Source of the DNA: a virus
Lineage: Duplodnaviria > Caudoviricetes
IMG/VR virus record: IMGVR_UViG_3300017700_000374
Location: 1 to 39,427 of that record
Reading direction: 5' to 3' (one strand)
Length of the DNA: 39,427 nucleotides
Shown: one piece after another, positions 18,055-27,465 of the stretch
How the letters are laid out: each line of letters opens with the position of its first letter
Numbering within the stretch: the stretch's first letter is position 1
Notes under the pieces: generated by a model
What the model was told of the DNA's origin: nothing
Seen by the model: the letters and a program-made list of their open reading frames with translations, nothing else
The model's database searches: none
Translations under genes and position numbers: made by a program

Positions 18055-18156
18055 AAGGCCTAGGAGAGTTTTGCACCAGCCCCTTCTGGTATCGAACCTT
18101 GGGGTTGCAGAATCGAACTGCGCTGCACTCTCTGGACACCCTGCCCAACCGAGCCT
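18053..18156 (-). ncRNA. Candidate structured ncRNA with two tRNA-like T-loops
   Basis: Minus strand folds by eye into nested stems with GCAG-TTCGATT-CTGC and GG-TTCGATA-CC loops; G-U pairs favour the minus strand; upstream TTGACT (18187-82); ends in TTTT. Confidence 0.5.
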
Positions 18157-18192
18157 GTTTGATGGCAAATTGCATGCTTGCAGTCAACAGCC

Positions 18193-18221
18193 TTGTCGGG
18201 TATTTAGGTACCTGCTAGTCC
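18193..18221 (+). promoter_or_regulatory. Possible promoter for the scaffold/capsid genes
   Basis: TTGTCG-N17-TAGTCC (GCTAGTCC resembles an alphaproteobacterial -10). Confidence 0.35.
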
Positions 18222-18240
18222 ACCACAGACACAGCTTCCG

Positions 18241-18336
18241 CCGCCGGGGATAACGGGCGATAGGTTGGCAGACCGTAACACTGCACAGGCCGCCGCTGTA
18301 ACGGGCGCTGCGTATGTCGGTCACGAGACGACCGAG
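18241..18336 (+). promoter_or_regulatory. Structured scaffold-gene leader with repeated CCGCCG..TAACGGGCG hairpins
   Basis: Copies at 18241-18259 and 18290-18307, plus GCAG..CTGC and TCGGTC..GACCGA hairpins before the RBS. Confidence 0.55.
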
Positions 18337-18347
18337 TAGGAGTCATA

Positions 18348-19118
18348 ATGGCGGACGAACTGGACGATATCTTTGCGGTTCCACTAGAGGCTCAAGAGCC
18401 TGCACCGGACATCGTAGCCGATCCAGTACCGGAACCCGTAGCAGAGGCAGTAACGCCCGAGCCGGTCACACCCGAGGTCCAGACGGCACCAGAAGAGCCG
18501 CGTAACGGATACGTCCCGATCGCAGCGATGATGGACGAGCGAGACCAGAAGAAGGAAGAGCGCGCTAAGCGGATTGCCGCGGAAGAGCGTCTTGCAGAAC
18601 TTGAACGGTCCCGTCAGCCGCATTCCATCCCAGACCCCTACGATGACCCCGAAGGCAATACCGCGTATCTGCAGGGCCAGCTATCCGAAGCTCTTCAAAA
18701 GCAGAAGATGGAGCTAAGTCATTACTGGGCCGTGGACAAACACGGTAAGGATAATGTCGAAGCGGCTCGTACTTGGGCACTCGAAAAGGCGCAGACCGAT
18801 CCCGGTTTCCGCGCCAAGCTCGAAGCTGAGATGCCGATGCAGGCAATGCCGTTCGAATGGGTCGTCCAGCAGCACAAGCGCGATGGCCTTATCTCGCAGT
18901 TGCCCACGGATGTCACTTCGCTTGACGAGTTGATCGAACGGGAAATTGCGAAACGAAGCCAGAGCGCTCCCGCACCGGCCGCGCAAGCGGTCATTCCACA
19001 GCAGGCGTCCCCGCCTGTGAAGGTGCCGCGGAGTCTGGCGTCTCAGGGGTCCGCACCTAGCGACCTTCGCCACACTGCTACCGGCGCACTCTCAGGGGTC
19101 GACGCTCTCTTCAACTAA
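18348..19118 (+). CDS. Capsid scaffolding protein
   Basis: Acidic/Pro-rich N-terminus, VPIAAMMDER coiled coil, PDPYDDPEG, PRSLAS C-terminus; lies between portal and capsid. Confidence 0.85.
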   Translation: MADELDDIFAVPLEAQEPAPDIVADPVPEPVAEAVTPEPVTPEVQTAPEEPRNGYVPIAAMMDERDQKKEERAKRIAAEERLAELERSRQPHSIPDPYDDPEGNTAYLQGQLSEALQKQKMELSHYWAVDKHGKDNVEAARTWALEKAQTDPGFRAKLEAEMPMQAMPFEWVVQQHKRDGLISQLPTDVTSLDELIEREIAKRSQSAPAPAAQAVIPQQASPPVKVPRSLASQGSAPSDLRHTATGALSGVDALFN

Positions 19119-19127
19119 GAGGGCCAC

Positions 19128-20261
19128 ATGGCAGAAGTTCAACTTGCAAGCATCAGCGAGAAGGCGGTTTGGGTCACTGACTACCTGAAGTCCTACACTC
19201 GTGCATCCGGTTACGCGCCCTACATGGGCCGTTCGGCGTCGTCGATAATCCGCATTCGTTCGGAGCTGCAGACCAGCGCCGGCTCGGTGATCAACATTCC
19301 TCTCATTCTCGAACTGCGCGGGCGCGGTGTCGAGGGCTCCGAAATCCTCGAAGGCAACGAAGAGGAAATGGAGAACTACGGCGACCAGGTGCGTATCAAC
19401 TGGCTCCGTAATGGTGTCGTCGTGCCGAAGTCGACCAGCTTCCGCACCGAGATCGACCTCCTGAACGCGGCGCGCGAGCGTCTGGTTACGTGGTCCAAGG
19501 TGAAGATGCGCGACAGCATCATCAACGCGTTCCAGTCGATCATCATCCCGGGCGTCGTGGACGCAGACGGCTCGCCGCTTGGCGATACGGCTGTCCTGTA
19601 CGGCACCTCGACGGCTGCACAGCGCAACACTTACCTCACCAACAACGCCGACCGCATGCTGTTCGGCAGCGATCTGGCCAACGGCGTCTCGAACAACTGG
19701 GCAACGTCGCTCGGCAACGTCGACACCACGGCTGACAAGATGTCGGCTCAGGTTATCGACATCGCCAAGTCGCTGGCCAAGCGCACGACCAACAACGCTG
19801 CCGGCATGGCGATCAACCCGTACCAGTCGGACGCAACGGCTGGCCGCGAGTGGTTCGTCATGTTCATGGACTCGTTTGCATTCTCGCAGGCAAGCCGTGA
19901 TCCGATCATCGCACAGGCAGACCGTGACGCGCGCGAGCGTGGTGTGGACAGCAACCCGGTGTTCCAGGGCGGCGACCGCATTTACAACGGTGTCATCCTG
20001 CGCGAGATCCCCGAGCTGAACCCGCTGGTCGGTGTCGGCGCAGCGGGCGCCAACGTCAGCCGCTCGTTCCTGTGCGGCGCTGGTGCGCTGGCTATCGCAT
20101 GGGGCCAGGATCCCACGCCGAAGACGGACCGCGATCGTGACTATGGGTTCCGCCCGGGCGTCGCAATCGAGGAACTTCGTGGTCAGAAGAAAACCTCGTT
20201 CCTGGGCACCAACTACGGCTTGGTCGAGGTGTTCACCGCGTCCACCCCGATCGGCTCGTAA
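19128..20261 (+). CDS. Major capsid protein (N4-gp56/DUF4043-like)
   Basis: YMG..SSII, GVEGSEILEGNEE, ARERGVDSNPVFQG, FLCGAGAL; strongly biased codon usage. Confidence 0.9.
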   Translation: MAEVQLASISEKAVWVTDYLKSYTRASGYAPYMGRSASSIIRIRSELQTSAGSVINIPLILELRGRGVEGSEILEGNEEEMENYGDQVRINWLRNGVVVPKSTSFRTEIDLLNAARERLVTWSKVKMRDSIINAFQSIIIPGVVDADGSPLGDTAVLYGTSTAAQRNTYLTNNADRMLFGSDLANGVSNNWATSLGNVDTTADKMSAQVIDIAKSLAKRTTNNAAGMAINPYQSDATAGREWFVMFMDSFAFSQASRDPIIAQADRDARERGVDSNPVFQGGDRIYNGVILREIPELNPLVGVGAAGANVSRSFLCGAGALAIAWGQDPTPKTDRDRDYGFRPGVAIEELRGQKKTSFLGTNYGLVEVFTASTPIGS

Positions 20262-20274
20262 GGGAGTATAGCAG

Positions 20275-20763
20275 ATGGCAACGTATCAGAGCCTTCAGAT
20301 GGCAGTTCCCCGGTTCCCAGTTTCGGGGCCGGGTATCGGCGGGCGCTCGGTTAAGGTCGAGCGCGCCGTCGTGGACTTCTCGGTCCTCAGCGGCGGCAAC
20401 GCGCAGTCGGTCGCAATCGGCGACGTGATCCAGCTGTTCAAGCTGCACCCCAAGTTCCGCGTGATGCGCGGTTTCGTTAAGGTGGAGACGGCAGCGGCTG
20501 CATCGTCGACGTATACGATCGGCGACGCTGGCGTTGGCGGCGCTGCAGCGGATCCGGCGCGGTTCTTCGCATCGGCATCGGCTGCGGCAGCTGGCACCAA
20601 CCAGGCGCTGGCGGAAACGGGGCGTGACTTCATCTCGTCGCCGAACACGCCGGGTGGCAAGGGGCAGTACACCACGGTCAACATGACCTGGGGCGGCGCT
20701 GCTTCGGGCACGACGGGGCGTATCATCGTCGTGCTTGAGGGCTACATCGAGGAGCCGGCATAA
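20275..20763 (+). CDS. Capsid decoration/cement-like protein
   Basis: Follows MCP; GDVIQLFKL, TIGDAG...DPARF beta-rich pattern. Confidence 0.65.
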   Translation: MATYQSLQMAVPRFPVSGPGIGGRSVKVERAVVDFSVLSGGNAQSVAIGDVIQLFKLHPKFRVMRGFVKVETAAAASSTYTIGDAGVGGAAADPARFFASASAAAAGTNQALAETGRDFISSPNTPGGKGQYTTVNMTWGGAASGTTGRIIVVLEGYIEEPA

Positions 20764-21080
20764 TGGGTGGCACCCTCACCTGGCTGGGGGATAGCGACCC
20801 CACCGCAACCGACGTCACCACGCATGGCATGACGTTCGTCAAGGGCGAGGCCGTGGCGGTCAAGGATAAGGACGTTTTCGAGCGCCTGTCCAAAAACCCC
20901 ATGTTCTCGTCCGAGAAGGACGCCAAGCCGGTTGACGCTGTCGAGCCGGCACCTGTGGATGTAGAGGAAGGCACCGAAAAGGGCGCCATCAAGGATCGTC
21001 TGCGGGCTCTCGGCATTTCGGTGCAGGGTAACCCTTCGCTCGAAACGCTTCGCGGCAAGCTCGCGGACGCGACGAAGTAA
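20763..21080 (+). CDS. Head-associated hypothetical protein (C-terminal HeH/LEM-like helices)
   Basis: Synteny; RLSKNPMF; LRALGISVQGNPSLETLRGKL. Confidence 0.65.
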   Translation: MGGTLTWLGDSDPTATDVTTHGMTFVKGEAVAVKDKDVFERLSKNPMFSSEKDAKPVDAVEPAPVDVEEGTEKGAIKDRLRALGISVQGNPSLETLRGKLADATK

Positions 21081-21766
21081 TGGCAACCGCGCGTTCCGTC
21101 TGCAATCTCGCTCTCCGCAAGCTTGGTGTGCTTGGTGGTGGGCGGGACGCGCGGCCAGCCGATATCAACGACACGCTCGATGCGCTCCGGTCGATGTACA
21201 CCGCATGGGTGTCATCCGGAGCGTTCGGGCGTTTGCGCGATGTAGTGCCGACTGGCACGACGTACATGACAGCGGGCAACGAGCGGATCCTGCGGGAGTC
21301 TGCCGAAACGCTGACAGTAACCCTTCCCGAGCTGGTGTCGCACGCATGGCACGATGATTACGGTAACGAGCCGGTTCGATACTACGGCACGAATGTAATC
21401 GTCTCCACGGTCGATAACCAGACCAATATTACGGTCGAACCGTCGCAGCCTGTCGGTTACGCAGTCCCGCCGCGCGATGGTTCTGCAGTGGTGATCACCG
21501 ACATTGAAGGTGGACAGACGGTCACATGGGTCTACGATGGCCATATCAAGCGCTGGCAATGCGTAGAGCTGTTGCAGTTGGACGATGAAGCGCCGCGGTC
21601 TGTAGCAGACCAGCAGGGCCTTGCTGCGTGTCTGGCAATCGAGGTTTCAGACCAGTTCGGTTCCGATGTCGCCGCGCAGACCGTTGCCGCTGCATCGCGT
21701 TACAAGATCGCGCTGACGTCGCGTTTTGGTATGCGGCGTGAAGAGTCTTATGGAGTGTACATGTAA
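21080..21766 (+). CDS. Head-to-tail adaptor (P22 gp4-like)
   Basis: MATARSVCNLALRKLGVLGGG...DALRSMYTAW and LAACLAIEVSDQFG pattern. Confidence 0.75.
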   Translation: MATARSVCNLALRKLGVLGGGRDARPADINDTLDALRSMYTAWVSSGAFGRLRDVVPTGTTYMTAGNERILRESAETLTVTLPELVSHAWHDDYGNEPVRYYGTNVIVSTVDNQTNITVEPSQPVGYAVPPRDGSAVVITDIEGGQTVTWVYDGHIKRWQCVELLQLDDEAPRSVADQQGLAACLAIEVSDQFGSDVAAQTVAAASRYKIALTSRFGMRREESYGVYM

Positions 21767-22122
21767 TGCCGGGTTCGCGTGTTCGTTCTTCCAGCGCCAT
21801 GCCAGTCTGGCTGGCTGATGATGATTTAAACCCCGTCACCTTGGGTGTGGCGCCGGCGAACGCAGTTTCCAGCGCTCTATCTGGCACCATCGCAACAAGC
21901 GGTGGCACTGCCGCCATCCCGTTCGTCAACACGGCGCGTCAAGAGGTCCTGAACCCGTCTGCTGCCACCCTGTGGGCATCGTGGGGCACTCCTGCTGTCA
22001 ACGGGGCTGGCTCATTCCCGATCGCGCCTGGCGGCACGTTTTCAACCGATCGCACGGCTGGTACGCTGACGTTGCTGTCGACGGCGGCGACGCAGCCGTA
22101 CACCGTTAATCGGTACTCCTGA
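21766..22122 (+). CDS. Virion structural protein, hypothetical
   Basis: Coupled ORF; beta-rich NPSAATLWASWG..A..AGSFPIAPGG. Confidence 0.7.
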   Translation: MPGSRVRSSSAMPVWLADDDLNPVTLGVAPANAVSSALSGTIATSGGTAAIPFVNTARQEVLNPSAATLWASWGTPAVNGAGSFPIAPGGTFSTDRTAGTLTLLSTAATQPYTVNRYS

Positions 22123-22592
22123 TGCCTGACGGTCTCTACAACCCCGGCACGACGCAGGCGCAGCTTGACGCGGTTGCCGCGGCTATGCCGCAGCCTGCCA
22201 CCACGCAGCCGCCCGGTGTGAGCGATTCCGGTGCGCTTGGCACGGACGCTAAATACGCCTTGGCGAACCATACCCACGCCAGCCGCGTTCGCAAGCGCAT
22301 CATCACGATGGGTTCTGCAGCGTCCACCTATGCATGGACGTTCTCGGACAAGGATGGCAATGCGCTGCCTTTCCCGAGCGGAGTTACACCTGTCGTAAGC
22401 TGCATCGTTCAGGTTGCTAACGGCAATACCGATCTGTTTAACGTGCAGGTAATGGGGGCGCCGACCAATACCGGGTGCGTGTTCCAGATCAACCGCGTGT
22501 CGGCCGGGCTTCTGGCGCTGCTGACAGGCGCGCTGTCGATCAACCCAACGCCTGTCGCTGCTACGCTTCACATGATTGCTCTTGAACCGTGA
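22122..22592 (+). CDS. Virion structural/fibre-associated protein
   Basis: GALGTDAKYALANHTH fibre-type repeat; coupled ORF. Confidence 0.65.
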   Translation: MPDGLYNPGTTQAQLDAVAAAMPQPATTQPPGVSDSGALGTDAKYALANHTHASRVRKRIITMGSAASTYAWTFSDKDGNALPFPSGVTPVVSCIVQVANGNTDLFNVQVMGAPTNTGCVFQINRVSAGLLALLTGALSINPTPVAATLHMIALEP

Positions 22593-23620
22593 CCACGCAA
22601 ATCACCCGCGGTGGTTCCAACATCACTGTCGAGGTGGACAGCCGTGGCATCGATACCGCACAGGTCAACGAGGCCGGGCATCTCGTAATCGTCTACACGG
22701 ACGGCACAACTGTCGACGCGGGACTGGTTGTCGGGACCGGTGAGACCGGTCCACAGGGGCCTCAAGGCCCACAAGGGCCGGCGGGGGTTGACGTATGGGG
22801 CGCCATCACTGGTGCCCTTTCTGATCAGACGGACCTGAACACTGCGCTAAGTGGCAAGGCGACGAAGGCTGCCAACCTGTCCGATCTGGCAAACGCTGCT
22901 ACGGCTCGGACCAACCTGGGGCTGGGCACACTCGCAACGCAGTCGGGTACGTTCTCTGGCACCTCCAGCGGGACCAATACCGGCGATCAGACCGACATTA
23001 CCGGCAACAGTGGCACAGCGACAGCTCTGCAGACGGCGCGCACAATCAATGGCGTATCGTTCAACGGTACATCCAATATCACCGTCAACGCCGTGGACTC
23101 TACCGCTCGTGTGCCAGAGACGCGGGCGGTCTCCACGACGGCCCCTCTGGCGGGCGGCGGAACGCTTACTAGCAATCGAACCCTCACTATCAACGCAGCG
23201 ACTACGAGCGCGGCGGGTTCGATGTCGGCGGCTGATAAGACCAAGCTAGATGGTATAAGTACTACCGCCTGGACAACATACACGCCAACTGTGACGGCTG
23301 CGTCTGGCACGTTCACGACTGTAACAGCATTCGGCCGTTACAAGCAGATCGGTAAGACTGTATTTATACAGATCACCGTGCAGATCGGGGCTAACGGTAC
23401 GGCGGCTGGTTCGGTTGATGTAACGCTCCCCTTTACGTCCGCTGCGGTGTCGTTTGCTCAGTGGGTTTTGGCTGGACGCGAGGGCGCAATTGCCGGTAAG
23501 ATGCTGCAGGGTTCCATCAACAGCTCGTCAACCACCTGTGTGATCGGCAACTACGACAACAGCTACCCGGGCAACACCGGGGCGCTATTGAACCTGTCCG
23601 GCGTGTATGAGGTTTCCTGA
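22589..23620 (+). CDS. Fibre protein with a short collagen-like segment
   Basis: GETGPQGPQGPQGPAG; WGAITGALSDQTDL, NLSDLANAATARTNLGLG, ATALQTARTINGVSFNGT, AGSMSAADKTKLDGI fibre motifs; C-terminal receptor-binding-type domain. Confidence 0.85.
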   Translation: MTTQITRGGSNITVEVDSRGIDTAQVNEAGHLVIVYTDGTTVDAGLVVGTGETGPQGPQGPQGPAGVDVWGAITGALSDQTDLNTALSGKATKAANLSDLANAATARTNLGLGTLATQSGTFSGTSSGTNTGDQTDITGNSGTATALQTARTINGVSFNGTSNITVNAVDSTARVPETRAVSTTAPLAGGGTLTSNRTLTINAATTSAAGSMSAADKTKLDGISTTAWTTYTPTVTAASGTFTTVTAFGRYKQIGKTVFIQITVQIGANGTAAGSVDVTLPFTSAAVSFAQWVLAGREGAIAGKMLQGSINSSSTTCVIGNYDNSYPGNTGALLNLSGVYEVS

Positions 23621-23622
23621 TA

Positions 23623-24954
23623 ATGCCGATCGTACCTTTAGGGCTTAAGAGTTACCAGCGCGCTGACGGTTTCGTGCCTGAGGTGCAGCTGCGTAATTTT
23701 TACGTCGAGAAGGACGAAAGCGGCATCTCGCCCGATAGCACGTTGCGTATACAGCGGCCGGGCATGGCGCCGTTGCGGACTCTTGGCACTGGCCCCATCC
23801 GAGGCATGGATTATGCTGTCTCGACCGACGAAGAGCTAACCGTTTCGGGTACGGAACTGTTCTCGGGTCTGACCGCAAAGGCAACGATCGCCGGCACCGG
23901 AATCACTCCGATGGTAGGTACGACGTTCGTCTATGCTATTCTGGGGGGAAGCACGGTCTATCTCTACACTTCTGCTGAGACTACGGTTCTGGCGCTTCCC
24001 GACGATGCCGGCGAGGTGATCGACATCGAGCAGATCAACCAGTATGTGCTGCTGCTCACCCGCACCGGCAAGTTCTACTGGATGGTGCCCGGCGAAACCA
24101 CTGTAGATCCGCTCAACTTTGCAACGGCAGAATCCTCGCCCGACAAGGCTGTAGCTGTTTGTCGTGTCGGCGACGAGTTCTGGATCTTCTCGGAAGACGG
24201 TATCGAGCCGTGGCAGTCGACTGGCGATGTCGATGCACCGTTCCAGCGCGTCACCGGACGCATCTACGAACGCGGGTGCCTGGCACGGGATAGCGTAATT
24301 CGGTTTGACAATTCCGTCATGTGGGTATCTGATGATGGTCAGGTCTGCCGCGGTGGCGCAGTTCCGCAAGTCGTCAGCGACAACGGTATCGCTGAACGCA
24401 TACGGTTGAGAGGGGGTGATCTATCCGCCTGGGTATTCGGTCTCGACGGTCACGAGTTCTACATCCTCAACATCCCGGGACAGGGGTCTTTTGCCTACGA
24501 CGCATCGACCCAAGCATGGTCCGAGTTCGCTACGTTCGGTCGCGACACATGGGCCGCTCGCGTCGGGTATGACCGGCGCGGTACTATCGTTTGCGGCGAT
24601 TCACAGTCAGGAAAGACTTGGACGCTTACGCCAGCTCGTGGCGACGATGACGGCTTGCTGATAGAGCGGGTCATTACCGGCACTGTCGCATTGTTCGGCA
24701 AGCCCCAGCGCAACGACAACATTTCGGTCGGCGTTGGCGCATCCGGTGACACGCAAATCCGCATCCGCTGGGCAGATGGGCAGGCCGGCTATCCCGACTA
24801 TTACGACGTGCTTGAAGTCCGCGCACCTTTCGACGTGGCTTCGCTGTATCGGTTGGGGCGCCCTGAGCAGCCTTATCGGTCCGTGGAAATCTCTTGCGTT
24901 GCGCCTGAGCGCATCCGCCTTGCTGGTGCGGGAGCGAACCAGGCATGGCGATAG
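23623..24954 (+). CDS. Tail hub / DNA stabilisation protein (P22 gp10-like)
   Basis: LNFATAESSPD, IEPWQSTG..APFQR, ERGC, GHEFYIL..YDASTQAW motifs. Confidence 0.88.
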   Translation: MPIVPLGLKSYQRADGFVPEVQLRNFYVEKDESGISPDSTLRIQRPGMAPLRTLGTGPIRGMDYAVSTDEELTVSGTELFSGLTAKATIAGTGITPMVGTTFVYAILGGSTVYLYTSAETTVLALPDDAGEVIDIEQINQYVLLLTRTGKFYWMVPGETTVDPLNFATAESSPDKAVAVCRVGDEFWIFSEDGIEPWQSTGDVDAPFQRVTGRIYERGCLARDSVIRFDNSVMWVSDDGQVCRGGAVPQVVSDNGIAERIRLRGGDLSAWVFGLDGHEFYILNIPGQGSFAYDASTQAWSEFATFGRDTWAARVGYDRRGTIVCGDSQSGKTWTLTPARGDDDGLLIERVITGTVALFGKPQRNDNISVGVGASGDTQIRIRWADGQAGYPDYYDVLEVRAPFDVASLYRLGRPEQPYRSVEISCVAPERIRLAGAGANQAWR

Positions 24955-25589
24955 CACCAATCCGCATCCCGACGCTGACGCAAGCACAGCCGATCGTGGA
25001 CACAGAGCGCAAGGCAACTAACGAGTTCCTGCGGACGATGAACGGTGTGCTTGGCCAGATCGGGTACGCGCTCAACCAGATCCTTATCTTGCCGATCATC
25101 CAGCAGGCGATCGAAGATCTGGGCGACGCGACCGCGGCGGCACAGGCTGCGGCCGATGCTGCATCTGCTGCCGCTGAGGCCGCTAATGCCGCTGCAGCAG
25201 GCGCCGCCAGCAACGCGGCGGCGAACGCCCGCGAAGCAGCCCTGCAGAGCAGCTACATCGATCCCAACAGTGTTCTGACAGCCACGCCGGACACCATCAC
25301 GATAGCCGCACACACGCGCAGATATTCGGATGGCACGTCCGTCGCGGTGTCTGGCGGCACGATCGCGGCGACCGCGCCAGACGACGTGGATTACATCTAC
25401 TACGACGACCCCACGCGGGCGGGCGGATCTGTTACGTTCCAGGTATCGACCACGCAGCCGATTCAGACCGGGGATAGGCATGTGGTAGAGGCGATCCTTA
25501 TTCCTCCGACAGGCACGGCCGAAGGTGGGGGCGGGCCTCGCCCACCCGGCTATGTCATCAACAAGTTTGCGGTAGAGCCAGAGGTATGA
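24945..25589 (+). CDS. Tail needle/plug-like protein (gp26 position)
   Basis: Follows the gp10-like gene; Ala-rich coiled coil then a beta domain. Confidence 0.6.
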   Translation: MAIAPIRIPTLTQAQPIVDTERKATNEFLRTMNGVLGQIGYALNQILILPIIQQAIEDLGDATAAAQAAADAASAAAEAANAAAAGAASNAAANAREAALQSSYIDPNSVLTATPDTITIAAHTRRYSDGTSVAVSGGTIAATAPDDVDYIYYDDPTRAGGSVTFQVSTTQPIQTGDRHVVEAILIPPTGTAEGGGGPRPPGYVINKFAVEPEV

Positions 25590-26008
25590 TTCGTGAAGCA
25601 ACCGCCGGAGAGGTGAACGCCATCGCGAACCATCCCGACGTCTATGATATGCTGTTGCTGGGTGCGATCCACCCGCAATGCGCTATGGACTATGAGGATA
25701 CGCTGGACAGCCCGCTCGTCACATCGTTCATCGACGGCGGGTTTGCCGCGATATTCCAGTGGACATCGCCTGGCGTGTACGAATGCCATGTAATGGCGAC
25801 GAAAGCCGCGCGCGGACGACAGATGATGCGCTCGAGTCGCGAGATGTTGGCAGAGATGAAGAGGCGTGGTGCCAAACGAGTATGGGGCCAGCCTTCGGTG
25901 TATAACCCAGCTGCGGTTTCGTTTGTCAAATTGATGGGTCTAAGGTATCAGGGTACCGGTCATCACCCTATCGTGGGTGATGTGGTTTATTATGAAGTGG
26001 AGCTGTAG
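25586..26008 (+). CDS. GNAT-fold virion assembly protein (P22 gp14/DUF2824-like)
   Basis: ANHPDV, YECHVM...RGR, N.AA..F..LMGLRYQG; conserved position before the ejection genes. Confidence 0.7.
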   Translation: MIREATAGEVNAIANHPDVYDMLLLGAIHPQCAMDYEDTLDSPLVTSFIDGGFAAIFQWTSPGVYECHVMATKAARGRQMMRSSREMLAEMKRRGAKRVWGQPSVYNPAAVSFVKLMGLRYQGTGHHPIVGDVVYYEVEL

Positions 26009-26728
26009 ATGCCTCCCGTAGTTATTGCAGCAGGCGTTGCCGGCGCAGCCGCGATCGGGGGCGCAGCCATCCAGTCGAGCGCTGCGAAGAACGCCGCGAA
26101 GAAGCAGGCGGCACAGGCGCAGTCGGAACAGGCAAGGTTGCAGGCTAACCAGGAATACATCACCGGGCTTAACCAGCCGGCGATCGACCGTGGCAATCTG
26201 GCTGGTTCCTTGCAGGGGAACTTCCTTGGCCTGTCCGGCGGTGACGCGGCGCAACAGGCGCTGCAGACCTATCGCGGTTCGACGGGCTATCAGGATCTGC
26301 TCAACACCGGGTTAGGCGCTGTTAACTCCAACGCTTACGCGCGTGGGCTGGGGGCCTCTGGGGCAACCTTGAAGGCGCTACAGGCCAAGGGTATGGCGAT
26401 TGCAGACCAGTCGTCCGGCACTTGGATGAACGGGCTTCAGGGCCTGTCCAATCAGGGGCAGAACGCCATTGGGCAGGTCGCGGGTGCGGCAACGAACACC
26501 GTGAACAACATCAACCAGTCGACCGGGCAGGCTGCGGATGCGGCATCGAATGCCTCTCTTGCCGGTGGCGCAGCATGGACGGGAGCGCTGCAGAACCTGG
26601 CCAACATTGGCGGTGCGGTCGCTGGTAGCGGGATGCAGTCGAGCTACGGCAGCATGCTTCGCCAGCCGGCCTACGGGCAGCAGGGCAGCAACATGAACTT
26701 CCTTGCCAGCAACGGGTATATGGGCTGA
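26009..26728 (+). CDS. DNA ejection/pilot protein (P22 gp7-like)
   Basis: Hydrophobic Ala/Gly N-terminus, AAKKQA, STGYQ...G..AV...A.ARGL..SGATLKALQ. Confidence 0.8.
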   Translation: MPPVVIAAGVAGAAAIGGAAIQSSAAKNAAKKQAAQAQSEQARLQANQEYITGLNQPAIDRGNLAGSLQGNFLGLSGGDAAQQALQTYRGSTGYQDLLNTGLGAVNSNAYARGLGASGATLKALQAKGMAIADQSSGTWMNGLQGLSNQGQNAIGQVAGAATNTVNNINQSTGQAADAASNASLAGGAAWTGALQNLANIGGAVAGSGMQSSYGSMLRQPAYGQQGSNMNFLASNGYMG

Positions 26729-27465
26729 TGGCCGTCGATTGGTCCCTGCAGGGTCGCGGATTCAATGCGATGGAGGCGTTGCAGTCGTTCGGGCAGGCTC
26801 AGCAGCAGGGTTTGCAGCGTCAGCAGATGGCGTTGGCTCAGCAGCAGCGGGAGCGCGAGGCACAGGCACAGCAACAGGCCATGGCGGCTCGCCAGCAGGC
26901 GTCGCAGCGACTGGCGGTCGGCGACGCTCAGGGCGCGGCTCAGACGGCTGCTGCAGGCGGTGATTTCGACTATGCGCGCTTTGCCGCCACGGCTTCCGAG
27001 GTAGGCCACAAGCAGGCCATGCAGCAGATCGACGAGCTTGGGCAGTTGGCGCTTCTGGCTGACACGCCGGAGAAGTGGGACGCCTACGCCACGCAGTACG
27101 TGCAGCAAGGCCATCCGGAGGCGGCGCGTTTCATCGGCAAGTATTCCCCGGAAACGCGCGCAGCGATCATTGCTCAGGCTGGCAAGGCCAAGGAATTTCT
27201 TGACCAGCAGTCGGTAGACTACAAGGTCATCCCGCCTGGTGGATATCTGCAGGGGTTCGACTCGCGGGGCATTCCGCTTGGTGGCGCGCAGACCACCCCG
27301 CCTGTCGAGCAGATGGCGCCACAGCAAGGAGTCGCTACGTCGAGCGACCTAATGGCCAAGGCGCAGGCAGCTATCGCGGCTGGTGCGGATCCCGCGGCTG
27401 TGATGGCGCGACTGCAACAGATGCAGGGAGGGGCGCCCTCGCAAGGGGGCGCGACGTTTCCGTGA
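26728..27465 (+). CDS. DNA ejection protein (gp20 position)
   Basis: Q/A-rich helical protein between the gp7-like and gp16-like genes. Confidence 0.75.
   Translation: MAVDWSLQGRGFNAMEALQSFGQAQQQGLQRQQMALAQQQREREAQAQQQAMAARQQASQRLAVGDAQGAAQTAAAGGDFDYARFAATASEVGHKQAMQQIDELGQLALLADTPEKWDAYATQYVQQGHPEAARFIGKYSPETRAAIIAQAGKAKEFLDQQSVDYKVIPPGGYLQGFDSRGIPLGGAQTTPPVEQMAPQQGVATSSDLMAKAQAAIAAGADPAAVMARLQQMQGGAPSQGGATFP

Noticed and set aside
18056-18156. Canonical tRNA gene
   Set aside because: T-loop motifs are present but there is no D-arm/anticodon cloverleaf, 7-bp acceptor stem or CCA; kept only as an ncRNA candidate
17885-18187. Minus-strand 100-aa ORF across the portal-scaffold gap
   Set aside because: Overlaps the portal antisense, has no RBS or recognisable motif; the RNA-structure explanation fits better
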